DNA of 57,220 bases, counting the filler, from Sphacelaria rigidula (Eukaryota): NCBI GenBank assembly GCA_964200075.2. It is 8 parts of 8 records of this genome, joined end to end, with 100 filler letters (N's around TTAATTAATTAA, not from the genome) between each part and the next. Parts side by side here need not be neighbours in the genome. Positions count along the whole stretch, not along the records: positions 35,826 to 42,890 come from CAXNAA020016668.1; positions 42,991 to 50,055 come from CAXNAA020016669.1; positions 50,156 to 57,220 come from CAXNAA020016670.1; 5 more parts are not named here. The stretch is one strand, 5' to 3'. Shown here one piece after another: positions 37,997-50,209 of this stretch (the stretch's first letter is position 1; every line of letters begins with the position of its first letter). The notes under the pieces are model-generated. The model was not told the origin of the DNA. It made no database searches and saw only the letters and a list, made by a program, of their open reading frames with translations. The position numbers and the translations under genes were made by a program.

Positions 37997-39535
37997 ACCT
38001 CGACCATATTCGAACTTGCATCAATTATAATGGGAACACAGTGCTTTGGCTAAAACGTTCAAACGACGATTATGCACAGACGAAAACCTACACCGCATTT
38101 TACTTACAGTACATCGGGATCAACACGGTTTGAACGTTTGGTCAGATTCGGATTAGTCTTTTTTTCCTTGGAGAGTAGAACGTCAATAAAAACACCCAAC
38201 AGAAAGTGTCATGACGGAGGCGCGAGTTACACGATACTAGCCCGGCAGATTCCAAAATCGGCTTTGCATGACCGCCTTAATTAGTCGACTACAACGATGT
38301 GGCCACCTTGCCCTGACAGTGCCACGCAAGAGATGTGACGATGTGACACAATATGAGCTTGTTTGCCGACCCAGCCTGTACGCGGTGATGAAGAATAAGT
38401 CGCCAGACATCGGTGCCGTCTGTTTGCTAATGACCTCGGTTTATACCACCAGCCGTCTACACTAAAATCAATTTTTAGTTCAAGCGCAGATTTTCTACCA
38501 GCGTAAACTCTTCTGGTAAATAAACCCAACTAGTGGAGTGACATTCAGTGGTCAGTTCTGAAATGTGGACCACCTGAGACCTGAATAGGTAACACATTTC
38601 GAAGAAGTTTTTCAAGAAACATTCCATGGGCCGAGCATGCGTGACTGGGACCGTCTGCAGCCACACCAAAGCACACTTATACTAAAACGATACTTCACTC
38701 GAAACCGCATACAAACACTTAAAACTCTAGCGGGTCCAGCCACGCAAATTGAAACTGCCAGTAAGACTGTTTTGGGACCTATTAACCAACATGAAAATGT
38801 TTTCGATTTCGTCCTATAGCAACACGATACTATAGCATCAGCCTCTACAGCAATCCATCACTGGAAATGTTTGAGATCAAGACTGAGGCAAATTTTGAAT
38901 GAATCACTACCGCAAATTGATGCCACACGTTCTTGAACCACAACAGCAGCTCTTTGAAGGTACTTCCAGGATTTGGCCGTCGATACTCCCGTATTGCCTG
39001 CGTGCCAATGTGCTCCGCGAGCTGGAATTATTGCCGATAGGGTCGTACCGGCGGAGATCGATTTGTCGAAACAGAGACGATTTGAACGAAACGTTTTACA
39101 GGCAGTGGCCACTTTCTCCCTTATCGTGTACGATGCTGCGGCTCTTTGGCGACCAAGGAAACGGATCCGGAAAATTTTCGAACGAAGAATGAGCATCGAC
39201 TGTTTGCCACAAAGTGTTCCAACAGTTCACCCCCCATATGCCAAGCTTTTAGCCAAAAACTAGCACTATAACCATCTCTCAGGCCTACGTTCAACAGGGC
39301 AATACAGTGGTGCAACATCGCATACAAGTATATACTTTGATACTAATATTTAGAGAAGTGGCTCATTAACTTGAGGTTGCAACTGGCTGCTAAAAGTAAG
39401 CCTGGAGTTTAATGCCGGCCCAACGCCCGATGAAACTAGATACCCTGCTGATTAGCCCCACAAAAATTGCCGTCACGGCAGACACGGCAGCCTGCAAACA
39501 CCCGGGCTCGATGTACCCCTGAGCTTGTCATTTCT

Positions 39536-39719
39536 CTAGGACAACACGCGTCGTCCAGGCGGGCCGACGAATCCATAGATGCGACCTCCTAGAGGATTAC
39601 TTCGACACTGGCCTGCGGTGCGTTCATACGCAGCGACGGGGCAGCAACAAGCGGGAGTATAATCACCTAAACCAACACTGTGAACAGGAACTGAGAGACT
39701 AGTGATGTCATCGTAGGTG
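39536..39719 (-). CDS. Candidate last exon of the SNF5-like gene
   Basis: Branch point GCTAAC plus CCCAG acceptor; phase-2 start fits the previous exon; open to TAG; no recognisable homology. Confidence 0.35.
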
Positions 39720-40095
39720 CTGGGTGAGGTTAGCAAACATCAACCACAGGGGTACAGAGCAAGAGTGGAGTGGAGATTGCCAGTTCGTACATTTTTTGTC
39801 AAGATTTTATTCATGGCATTCGAATAACACGTAAGATATGTCCGTCGAAAGGTTAGGCATGGGCTTCGGGTGGTGTTCGTTTCAAGCACAAAATATCACA
39901 CCCTGAACAATAGATGATATTGCAAAAAAAGTATACTTACTGCATATACAGTATCGACTATTGCACCTATTGCAATGGAAAATAGATACCATACTGTACG
40001 CAGTATAATAATTTATGCAGACTGTAGTCTACTGTCCAGAGTATGCAAAATATACAGCGCACGAGAATCCCCAGCCGTCAACACACACCATTTAC

Positions 40096-40277
40096 CTGTG
40101 AATCCTCCAATCTCGCGAGTTGAACTCGTATTGATCGACTGGTTGCACGTGGCATAGGTGAGGGCCTGTCATTGCCTCGAGCTGCAACTCATCCGTGCTG
40201 CCGCCGGATCTCCCCGCCTTCACACGATGATCAAGTAGTTGCTGGTGTATTGTGAAGGCTATGATGGGTTCCATCTC
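40096..40277 (-). CDS. SNF5: SNF5/INI1-like exon (end of repeat 2)
   Basis: CAG|EMEPIIAFTIHQQLLDHR...|GTAAAT continues DLCLPQ in phase 0, giving the SNF5 pattern DLxLxxEF/MxxxIAxxIxxQL. Confidence 0.75.
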
Positions 40278-40553
40278 CTGCATAGCATGCGGGTATATTC
40301 GAGCGAGACGAAAAAGGCAGTGTTACGCGAACGAAATATGCATACGTTGTCAAGGGTGTATTCACACTTTTCTTGGACATTTCTGGCGTAGGTCGAACAA
40401 AATCCTGAGAGCCAAGTTTCCTTCCGCATTCAGTATGCACTGTTTCTGCTAAACGCGGGAGACTCGTATTTCAGACTAGAGGCAACAGCCGAGCGCACGG
40501 CTCGATCTACATGTGGCTGTTGCCAACGACCCCCACGAACTCTCGTCGCTATA

Positions 40554-41768
40554 CGAGCTGGGCCAGCCCAGAAGCGAATTTATAGTTTGCAGGCCCATTC
40601 ACCAGCCAATATGTAGAGTTGGACTCTGAAATTTGGTATGGACAATGAATAGGGCATAATAAGAACAAATACTAGTGCACACCAGTTTTTTTTTTTTTCA
40701 TTAGTTAAGGGCATTTTACTGGTACCTGAAAACTGATCATCGCCCTTAACTCATGGAAAAAATAAAAACCATTGTGTGCACTGGTATTTGTTCTTAGTAT
40801 GCCCTATTTATTGTCCATACCAAATTTTAGGGCCGAACTCTAAATATTGGCCGGTAAATGGGACGTTTAGTTACGGGGTCAGAAGAAATTCGGAACAGTA
40901 TTTTGCAGGCCACTTACCGGCCCACGTTTGGTGTTTGTGTTTTGAAACTTTGTGTGGGTCGTGGCTAGGGCATAATTGACGAAGCAAAGTGGTTCCCCTT
41001 GACTTTTTTTTTTTTTTTATTGGTTTAGGGCGTTTTAGTGTGGACACGACCATTTTTTTACGAGAACGCCCGAACCTCTCCCCCCCCCAAAAAGTTGAGG
41101 GCCCATCGCTTTTTTCATTCAGCACACCTCTGTGGTCATTTATCCTGAGTTTCAGATCACAGTTCACAATTCCAAAATTGAGCAAAACTTGAGATAAGGC
41201 CCAAGAGAAGTGTTTATTTCTCCTTGAAACTGCCCCAAAAAACCGAAAAAAAATGAAAAATAACGAAAAAAAATGAAAAAGCTGTTTTTCTAAGCTTTAT
41301 TATCACTAGCAGTTCTCCAAACGAAATTTCATAGCGTAACTTTCGAAAACTGAGACGCTATATCCAGATATAGTTCACCTAATGCCTCTGCTCGTAATAT
41401 ACTGATTCTAGTATGGAAACTTATGTGCGCCATGTCTCGAGATAGATTACGAATTATGTGAAGGTAAGGGTATATATCGTCTTCCCGTACTCCAGGGAAT
41501 GTCCACACCAAAATTCGTTGCCATCCGCTGAATGTATCGATCGGGGGTTTCATAGAGATTTTAGTATGGACGCTATCTCCGCTAGGTATGGGAATTACTA
41601 GATATGGGGTTTAATGAACGAGAAAATATGGGCCCAAACTTTTGAGCAGATGGGTATCTTCCCCTTGGTTAGGCGATTAATGCAATATGCAGATCATGGC
41701 CCAACTCGTCCGTGTCGACGAGATATTGCTTTGAGAGCTTAAAGTCGTGTCAAGGGTGGCCCAGCTTG
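40554..41768. mobile_element. Complete TA-flanked (Tc1/mariner-type) non-autonomous element in the SNF5 intron
   Basis: TA|CGAGCTGGGCCA...TGGCCCAGCTTG|TA; further isolated termini at 26265 and 35573. Confidence 0.85.
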
Positions 41769-42039
41769 TAGAACTCCACTCCCACCTGAACGAATGTGCG
41801 TACACCCTAGAACGAGATGAGGATCTCGTGCCAACAGTAAAAATCCACTCATTACTCCTCGTGACAATGGCAATTTACCAGCGTATATGGCTAACTTTGT
41901 GATACAGGAGCACGTGTTTCACCCGGGATACGACCAGGACCGACGACAAGAGCTAGAGCACGCGTACAGCTGCAGACACTGAGGAAGGGATGCCAAACTT
42001 CATTCGCTGACGACGTCACAGCCGAAATCAAACTTGTAC

Positions 42040-42333
42040 CTGTGGAAGACAAAGGTCCGCCACCGTGCAGCGAGCGAACAACTCCGGGCTATTGCTTAGG
42101 CAGTTCACATTCCATTGCAAGCGATCTCGGTACATGACCGATCTGAAGCGAACATCAATGTCGATTTGACGAATACTCTCTGTTGCCGATGCAACTGTCC
42201 TAGTCGCCCATTCCCTCAGCATCCGCTCGGAGTCCAGAAGCTGCCGGGAGATGGATCGGGCGATGGGCTGCACAAAATTCGGCGATAGTCCGAGTTCTTC
42301 ACTCATCTGTCTCGCAAATGCCTCCGGAGAAAG
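42040..42333 (-). CDS. SNF5: SNF5/INI1-like exon (repeats 1-2)
   Basis: LSPEAFARQMSEELGL...IARSISRQL and IDVRF...YRDRLQWNV...NSPELFARCTVADLCL; 294 nt with CAG|...|GTAC boundaries. Confidence 0.88.
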
Positions 42334-43320
42334 CTGGGAGTGCGACGGTCGCAACGAAAAGATCAAACACACACCTGATTGCCGAACAGCGTTATAAGTA
42401 TACAGTAGCAATAGCGATCCTACTTATTTTATGAGTGGCTGCGATCTGTTCCTCGCGTTGGAACTGATTGATAAATTGTGAGCGACCTGTATGTCGTTGG
42501 AGGCTATGGTCTGCTGATCGTAGTTGGTGCTATTCTTGGGTTGGTTCTGCGTTTGGCATGTATGATACCATGTGTACCCGTCATGAGTGCAGAGCGACCG
42601 CGCCGTCGTTCTTGATTGACCGTCGCTACGTTGAGGTTCTAGAACGTCACTACATGTAGAACCGAGGGTCTACTGAGGTTAGACCAACCAAAGCTGGAGG
42701 GAGGGCAAACAAGTATGCGAATTGCGATTCCAGCGGATTTCAAAATCAAGTACCCGAACATCTCAACTCCACAGGAAGAGATAGAAGATACGCCAGAGGG
42801 ACCCCTTCACCGAAACGGCTGATAGGCCAACCACCCCCCCCCCCCCCCCCCCCCCCCCACCGTCACCCACACCCCACCCCCTCCGACCACNNNNNNNNNN
42901 NNNNNNNNNNNNNNNNNNNNNNNNNNNNNNNNNNTTAATTAATTAANNNNNNNNNNNNNNNNNNNNNNNNNNNNNNNNNNNNNNNNNNNNCCCCCCCCCC
43001 CCCCCCCCCACCCCGTCCTCTCGAAAGCTCGAATTTCCGATCTTGGGGCCTACGTGTCCAGAAATATATCTTTGACAGACCCTTGGTATAGTATATATTT
43101 ATCACGCACAAGCGCGCAAGGTGAATACCCGATCAAAGCAGCAAGGCGCGCGTGCCGTGGGCGATTTTTTTCGACACGACATGCTTGCTCCAATCGGGTG
43201 ATCTGTGATGGTAACCTTTTCACTTTGTCGGTGCTTCTCGATTGCGCTCTCAATATGCTGTTCCAAAAGCATGGCGTGAACGCAGTGGCTGAAGGTTTGA
43301 ATCCAAACGTGCCGCCGCAG

Positions 43321-43702
43321 GTACTTCAAGTGCACGTGTCCCCGGTGCACATCAAAATACGACTTGTCCAGAGCCCTGCGTTGCCCCATTTGCGGCGCGG
43401 GTGCGGTCTATCCCGTGACGCCCGGATACCGCGACAAGAACAGCGGGTTGATGGGTGCCGATTCGAGTTTCCCCGGTTCCGGTTCGTGTGGCGCCGCATT
43501 CGAAACCGTCGCTGGGCGTCAGAGTCGCGATTCTACGCCCGCGGGTGTAGATGCTGCTGGAGTGTCCCCATGCACAGAGTGCGGAGAGGTGCCTACGCAG
43601 AGATGGCTTGCTTCTGCTGTCAGAGTGGAGAAGTATATAGCCCAATCGTTCCACAGGGAGGTGGACGTGTCGGTGTCTTTGGACATTGCACCCGAAATGA
43701 AG
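43321..43702 (+). CDS. SMYD-like lysine methyltransferase, post-SET exon
   Basis: CAG|(x)YFKCTCPRC...LRCPICG...CTECG|GTGGG; FxCxCxRC followed by CxxC pairs is typical of SMYD post-SET regions. Confidence 0.72.
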
Positions 43703-44223
43703 GTGGGAGTGGAATGCGACGTTACGAAGGGAAGGGTGGGATGTGCGTCACATGTGCACGGAGCCTGAAGGTCCAGCTATGCGTTGTTTGCGAGTACAAA
43801 GCTTAGCTGGCATCTGGTGCTTTTGTCCTCGAGTCACGTCTTACCCCCGCCAAGTTGCGTCCTGTCGAAGGATACATGCTTATGGCTCATTTTCAAGGTG
43901 ACAAGCCAGATTTTATCTTGCCATGTCCTTATACGCGTCGGTCTTGAAAGACGACGTGAGTGTGTTTCACGAGTGCACGGGTCACTTGATGACAGACCCG
44001 CGGTCCGAAGGCTGTGCATGTGGTGCCCCGCGTCATCGATCGGCTAGTACCGCCGTATGTCGCACGTCGTGTGCTGTGTCTATATCTCACGAAGTAGCTA
44101 TAATAGTGTCGGGCTTGAATGTGTTATCCTTGTGATAGGTTACCGAAAGTGACAAAATCTGCCGTGCATCCATGTCTGCCTGTCGTGCGGGTTTATCACA
44201 GTGGATTCCGTACCTTTGCGCAG

Positions 44224-44368
44224 CGGGAATATATCTCTTTGCGGAGCACTTCTTGATGGCGGCGATTCATCACGTGATGCTAGATCTGTTGTACCACCTG
44301 CGTCGCTTCGATGAGGCTGCGTACCATGCGCACGAGGCCTTGAGGATATGGGGCAAGATCTTCGAACG
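44224..44368 (+). CDS. SMYD-like gene, TPR-like exon
   Basis: FAEHFLMAAIHHVMLDLLYHLRRFDEAAYHAHEALRIWGKIFE with CAG/GTAAAC boundaries; an intervening exon after 43702 was not resolved. Confidence 0.65.
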
Positions 44369-44923
44369 GTAAACCGAGGGGTTCTGTCTTTTTTTGTGTC
44401 CCAGTATCGATTGGTTCATTGATTTATGGATTATTTCATTTTACCTAGTTTTTACCGTGAATGCAGCCATGGTCACATGACGGACATGTGTATCCGTTGT
44501 GAACAAATGTATATGAGTGTTGAAATCAACTCTTCTTCAACCCCGACTCGGTATTCGTTTTTCTGCCGACGGGACACCGATTTTCATCGAAGCAGGCGCG
44601 AACGGACGCTAAGTCTGGGTAGACACACGCCGATCTGTCGGTTGCCAGGCAATCAACCCTTTTTCCCGAACCCTCCCGTCGAATCCTGGGTGGTAGGGGC
44701 CGCGACATTTCACATTTTTTTAAACGTGGAAGTCTTCGAAATTCATCTCGTAGGTGCTGTGCACGGCTTCAGGGGCAAGTTGCGTACAGTTGTAGCTCGC
44801 CATTGCTACTTAGCCCTTCTGTCGTGTTGTCAGAATTTGGAGATGGCATAGTTGTACCTCTGCCACAACTGATGGTATGTGACGGAGATCGCACACAGCT
44901 CGTTGCCGTCGCTGCGACTCTTC

Positions 44924-45128
44924 CAAGGGCAGGTCGAGTAGAGTATTCTCAATTGCGGGGTATATTGAAAGACGTACTCGGGATACTCAAATTAGGGTAG
45001 AGTGTTGGGAGTCGTACCAAAAAAATACCTGGGGAGCGATTCCTGGAACCCTACCCCCAATTTGTGTACTTTAAGTACGACTTTCGAAATACCCCGCAAT
45101 TGAGTATACGCCACTCGACCTACCCTTG
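44924..45128. mobile_element. hAT MITE with perfect 8-bp TSD
   Basis: CAAGGGCAGGTCGAGT / ACTCGACCTACCCTTG termini; GACTCTTC at 44916-44923 and 45129-45136. Confidence 0.92.
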
Positions 45129-45264
45129 GACTCTTCCGTTTTGTTGGAGTTGATTCGCGACAGTAGTTGTCAAATTTCGGGTTTTTTTACCACCGCCACA
45201 ACCCCACCCCGACATTCTCGCTGTCCGTCCTTGGTCGTACATGCCGGTGATCGATGTATCCTAG

Positions 45265-45355
45265 ACCCACTCGTAGACTCGGCGACATGTACGCCCGCCT
45301 CGGACACGCGCTCGTCACCGTGACAGGACTGCAGGAGATCGACACACGGACACAG
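45265..45355 (+). CDS. SMYD-like gene, candidate TPR-helix exon with GC donor
   Basis: TAG|(R)PTRRLGDMYARLGHALVTVTGLQEIDTRTQ|GCAAG; phases 2-0 fit both neighbouring exons. Confidence 0.55.
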
Positions 45356-47123
45356 GCAAGCCGTGCGCAGCTCGTCCTTTTGCTCTTGCATTTTCTTTGA
45401 ATCGCGGTATATACAGGTGTACTGCACTGCACGGTGATGCCTCCAACTCAACATGCGCGTTTTTTTAAGTCCTGTAGCTTGACAAGCTTACTGCGCGATA
45501 CACTTGAAAGCCAGGGATGGTATGGTATATTGCACGACTCACGGAGGAGTGTGCATATATACACGTGTGTATATATATATATATATATACATATACATGT
45601 GTAAACGACTTCACCTAGAATAGTCCATTTCTGCGTCTAGGTAATTTTTTTTCTCGAGATATCTTTTCCCAGTGCGTCATATCAAACTCTCCGTCCCGTG
45701 CTTGAATAAAACCAATGGACATTGCTCCTGTGCATAATCTTATTTGACCGGCGGTAGGTGCAGTAGACTCTCGGTTTCGAGAGAGCTGACGATCAAGCAA
45801 GCGCGTCATTTTTGCACGGCAAGGCACCGTTTCTCGGAACAGAGCGACCGTTTTTCAAAATCTGTTCGCAAGACAGATTTGTGTCCCCAGAGACCACTTC
45901 CAGTCTTTCCGAGAACATGTTTTCTGCCCAGAATCTGCTCACAGGTCAAGAACTAGGGCGATTCTCGCAGTGGCCGTCGGTCGAGTATCTCTGTGCTGGT
46001 ACGGGGAAGACACGAGAAGTAACGTAGCACCCGCACACCGAGCCCAGAAATATCATGCGCAGGCACCCACCACCCACGCGTATTAGCTCCACTGCTAGCC
46101 CTTGCTCATCTACACACGAGTCTCTGTGTTACGGACATGCAATCAGAATTGGAGTAAGGGTGGTGGCATGCATGCCATTTTTCAACCAAGAACGTGTCGG
46201 CGCTCGCTCGCAGTACGCGTGGTTCGCGGGCGCATTTCACACAAATCGTTGTTTCTCATCGAATCCTCGACAGGTTTCTGACCGAGGCCACGCACAGCGT
46301 GCTCAGCTGATACTATAGAACAGCTACGGCTCGAGTTGTGTGTTTTTCGTTCGCGGGGGCAATTAGTTCCTCAGGTTTATGACTGACTTGTTTTGGGTGG
46401 GTTGTGTGTCGTACCTTTGCATGTGTCTCTGTCAACGGGATGTCTATTTTCCCCCTTCGAGTTGAAAACACACTCGATTTTACAAGAACGATTTTGGGGG
46501 GCACCTTTTCAAAGGATGGTATCGCGGCGACCAATCTTAGGCCGTTCTGAGAAAAATAATGTTGAGAAAAGCGATTAATCTATTTCGATAGGACACGGCT
46601 TAAGTAAGCAGTGTTCCCCGTTGAGCGTATGTCCTGTCCTAGGAGGTGTCGCGTGATGGTTGACACCGTCCCGTATCTTGCCCGTAGTCAACACCCAACT
46701 TTGTCATTGTTCCATATGAAAGTGTGTTCGGACGCGACACATTGTGGTGTTCTCTTTTCACACACTAGTATTATCCATCCTGGTCTTTGCTGTATTGTAT
46801 TGTAGTCGATTTCGGTATTTGCTGCCTCAGGTACACTGCAGATTGTCAGCCCACCGATCTCAATGCAAGGGAGTCTAAAAATACGTTGAGGCCTGTGGGC
46901 GTGAGCATCCTCCTTTCTTCCTTCATACCTCCTCTCTGAAGCCAGTTGATCGCTCACCCGTTGGAACATTCGTCCCAGGAATGAAGAGTTGTGTACGTCG
47001 AAAAACAGCGTTCGGAAGCCCTCAGCCGGCCACCATTGCACCCGAACAATTGGCAGCCTAAACAGCACCTGCTCATCTGCTCTTTATGCATCCTGCTTGT
47101 AACCCTCTTCTTTTGTGATCCAG

Positions 47124-47684
47124 GCACTGGTTTGCTTCATGCCACCCTGTGCTGGACGATGTGGCACCTACGCTGGCCTCGTGCAAAGCCTGGCCCCCGA
47201 TGATACTAGATCGAGGCATGGCCCCGCCGAAGATACTCAACTATATAATGCCAACGGCGCAGAAGATGGACAGAGTTGCGTAGCTCCTGCTGCTGCCGCT
47301 TGTAGCAGTAGGTTTCACGACGAAGCAGCCGAAGACACCACTTATACCGCCCCAACGGCCCAGGACTGTCGTCCTCTATTGTCGGGACACAACTGGAATT
47401 CTGTCGGGGGAGGGGGTGCTTGCGCGGTGTGCGACAGGAAACACGGCCGTCCGTGTGAGTACTCCGAGGTCGGCAGTCTTGGGGAACGTGGCACGGACAC
47501 GATGGCAGTAAAGAAGGCCGACTGGTTGGTGCAAGCTGCGGACAGTTTGAAAGCATTCGAACATGCCCACGAGGTGTATCGGATGGTTTACGGCGAGGAT
47601 AATGAACGGACGATAGAAACCCTGGAATGTTTGAACTTCTTCCAATCGCTGAGGGAGCTAAAAAGAGCGCAGTTGGGGTACTGA
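47124..47684 (+). CDS. SMYD-like gene, last exon
   Basis: Pyrimidine tract plus CAG; ends AFEHAHEVYRMVYGEDNERTIETL, a TPR-like G.DH-type terminal helix pair. Confidence 0.65.
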   Translation, partial: ALVCFMPPCAGRCGTYAGLVQSLAPDDTRSRHGPAEDTQLYNANGAEDGQSCVAPAAAACSSRFHDEAAEDTTYTAPTAQDCRPLLSGHNWNSVGGGGACAVCDRKHGRPCEYSEVGSLGERGTDTMAVKKADWLVQAADSLKAFEHAHEVYRMVYGEDNERTIETLECLNFFQSLRELKRAQLGY

Positions 47685-49681
47685 CGTGTGTCACTACTTC
47701 CAGATTCGGGGGCGTATATTATATGTCAGCCTTACTCTCCTCCGTGGTGAGATATATCCCAGGGTAGCGAGAGACACGAAGGGTTGGGATCGAATCCACC
47801 CGCAGAAGTTCTGTGTTGTTGACAAATATCGTCTAGATTTGTCCGCGTGGAAATGCTGGAGTAGTGTAGTGTGAAATCGGAGGACTCGTCAGTGGAGAGA
47901 TGCTTGCGTACGGAATGTATTGATGGTGCGTAGTTTGGGGCTGAGGATGATGCTATCCGATGACGTTGACGTATGTGCGGATGTAAGATGTACTGTTGGA
48001 GGCCAGGGCCGAGTGTGTGTTGTGTTGATGGGCGCTGCCGACGTCGGGTTCCCGGGGAGGCTGTGGTGTAATGAAACTATTTTTCGTCTGAGGGTGATGT
48101 GCATGAATGATGTCTAGCATTCACTCATGTGTATATGATGTGCATTGCGTGTACTTGATGCAATGTACTCTCTGTATTATTAACAGTTGCATAGGGGTCT
48201 ATGCACTTGTATCAAGTGTGTGGAATGGCACACATCTTCAAGATTGTGTTCTGTAGGGTACAGGTTTGTTGGGTAGGGTGTGGGATTTCTGGGGGGACTT
48301 ACCGAGCTCTTGAGGTACCTGGTGTGGAAGCCTTGGGAAATTTACAGGACGTGTCGGGTGCGGTATGGAGGTCGCACAGAGAACCTTAGCCGCAACCGGG
48401 TATTTTTTCAAAGGTTTATCTGTACTCCGGGTAAGCTATGCATGTGAAGAGCTTACAGGACCGTCCGGTATCGGTGTGAGAGATTGATTAATTGATTGAT
48501 TGATTGATTGATTGATTGCCGCACTTTAACTGACCACCCATGGGTCCAGCCGTGGTCGCAGGATAGACGTACCCAAGAAAAGCAAAACTAAAACACTCGC
48601 TCAAAGAAAGGAACAGAAAAAAAGTCGAACAAAACGATAGGCTTCCAGAATTTATAGAGCTGTCGGGTACGGGAAGTGCCCAAGTGAATATCCCGGAGAT
48701 ACTGTATAAAAATCTCACCCTACTGTACAAGACAAAACCTTGGGAGTGTTCCTGACATGGAGGTGATACTTATTCCAAATTGAGGATGCGAGATTTTCGC
48801 AAGTTTACAGGCAATGATGACCAATTGATGAGAGCTTTCAAGGTTAAACTTTGACGACCGCCTACCGTGTGTGGTCAGGATTTTTTTTTTGTGCAAGGCA
48901 CTACTATACCGAGATGGAGGCGAACAGTTGAAGGAAATAACTGTAGGCTCTCACCTCGTGAATCATATCCGAACACTTTGGAAGGCATATAAGCTCTCAA
49001 TCCGTAGCCGCTACCTCTCAAATTGCCGAAAACCTCTGATCTTCCATTTGAAAACATATCCTTCACCTCACGAACATTCTGTCACATATCGTACGAAACT
49101 GTCGGGTACTGGTATTAGAGGCTTACAGAACCCACAAAACTGTTGTCGGGTGTGGGGACAGGAATGTATGGGTGCGTAAGTACCCCGAGCATGAGAGAAA
49201 ACACTGTACAAGACAACTTTGCACATAATGATATCGACGAATAGTCGTTGACACCTTGCATTATTCTTGTGGTATGTGTATCATGATTTTTATATTGGTC
49301 GTGTTCGTAGTGCTTCGAAGATACACACAACACACCCTGTTGCACCGATTTTGCCCAACATGTGTGCTGCTACGCGATGTCATGTTTTCATTTTCGTCCA
49401 CTGTGCTTTTTACACCATGGCTGAACTATTAATGTGTAATTTCTTCGTGACTGACGATTTTCTTAGGCTCTTTCACTTGCCACCGCTCATCACATCGAGG
49501 GTCTGAAGATACTCGTATCCGCTCAACACTGCAAGAAAAAAAAATCAGCCAAACTAAATATATATATATATATATATTGAGTGACTTACGGACTGAGCGT
49601 TTGTCGGGGGTCCTGGCACTTTTCAGCCCAGACTATGACTCTTGTGACGGTGAGACAACCAACTAGACTACTGACCAGTCA

Positions 49682-49930
49682 GCGCTGACTGGTCAGTAGT
49701 CTAGTGGGTTGTCTCTTAAACCGTCACAAAAGTTAGTCGCTGGTTCGATTCCCGTCGGACGCACTTTCTTTGAAGGAAACAGAGGAGATAAAACCTCTGC
49801 AAAAAGTTGGCCCCAAGGAGGAGAAAAAATCTCGGTAAATAATTGGCCCAAAGGAAAAAGGGTGGGGTATAGCCTGGTGTCTATGTTTGTTTGGAGTGTA
49901 CTGCTAAGGACCCCAGTGCACACACTCTGG
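49682..49930 (+). mobile_element. tRNA-Asp-derived SINE head / tRNA pseudogene
   Basis: A box TAGTCTAGTGG, anticodon-loop-like CCGTCAC (GTC) and B box GGTTCGATTCC; the anticodon stem does not pair. Confidence 0.6.
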
Positions 49931-50209
49931 AAATGAATGGAGGAGACGAGTAACTTTATGGTACGGTGAGAAGTGACAACACGAGAGTCATGCTACGGTA
50001 GGGGTGCAGAAATAATTTCTGAGATTAGAATTGTTAGGAGCCCCTTATCTCATCCNNNNNNNNNNNNNNNNNNNNNNNNNNNNNNNNNNNNNNNNNNNNT
50101 TAATTAATTAANNNNNNNNNNNNNNNNNNNNNNNNNNNNNNNNNNNNNNNNNNNNTTCTTCTTTGTCAGGGCTTCTCATAATCAGGCGTCTGGCCCGGGG
50201 ACGGGAGGG

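Noticed and set aside
38858-39196. Fanzor/TnpB-like reading of the 112-aa ORF (RFLGRQRA...VVVQE)
   Set aside because: No RuvC-I D motif, no E..TS..C or zinc finger, and no RuvC-III D found; the similarity is superficial.
27542-41768. Giant inverted repeat bounding a 14-kb element
   Set aside because: These are two dispersed copies of one family on different pieces.
43054-43806. 250-aa ORF as a gene
   Set aside because: The recognisable post-SET motifs lie in another frame bounded by splice sites at 43321-43702.
40096-47684. Head-to-head chromatin gene pair (SNF5-like and SMYD-like)
   Set aside because: The two genes are on different pieces separated by an artificial linker.
49682-49765. 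Functional tRNA-Asp gene
   Set aside because: The anticodon stem does not pair and arm spacing is abnormal; better explained as a SINE head or pseudogene.
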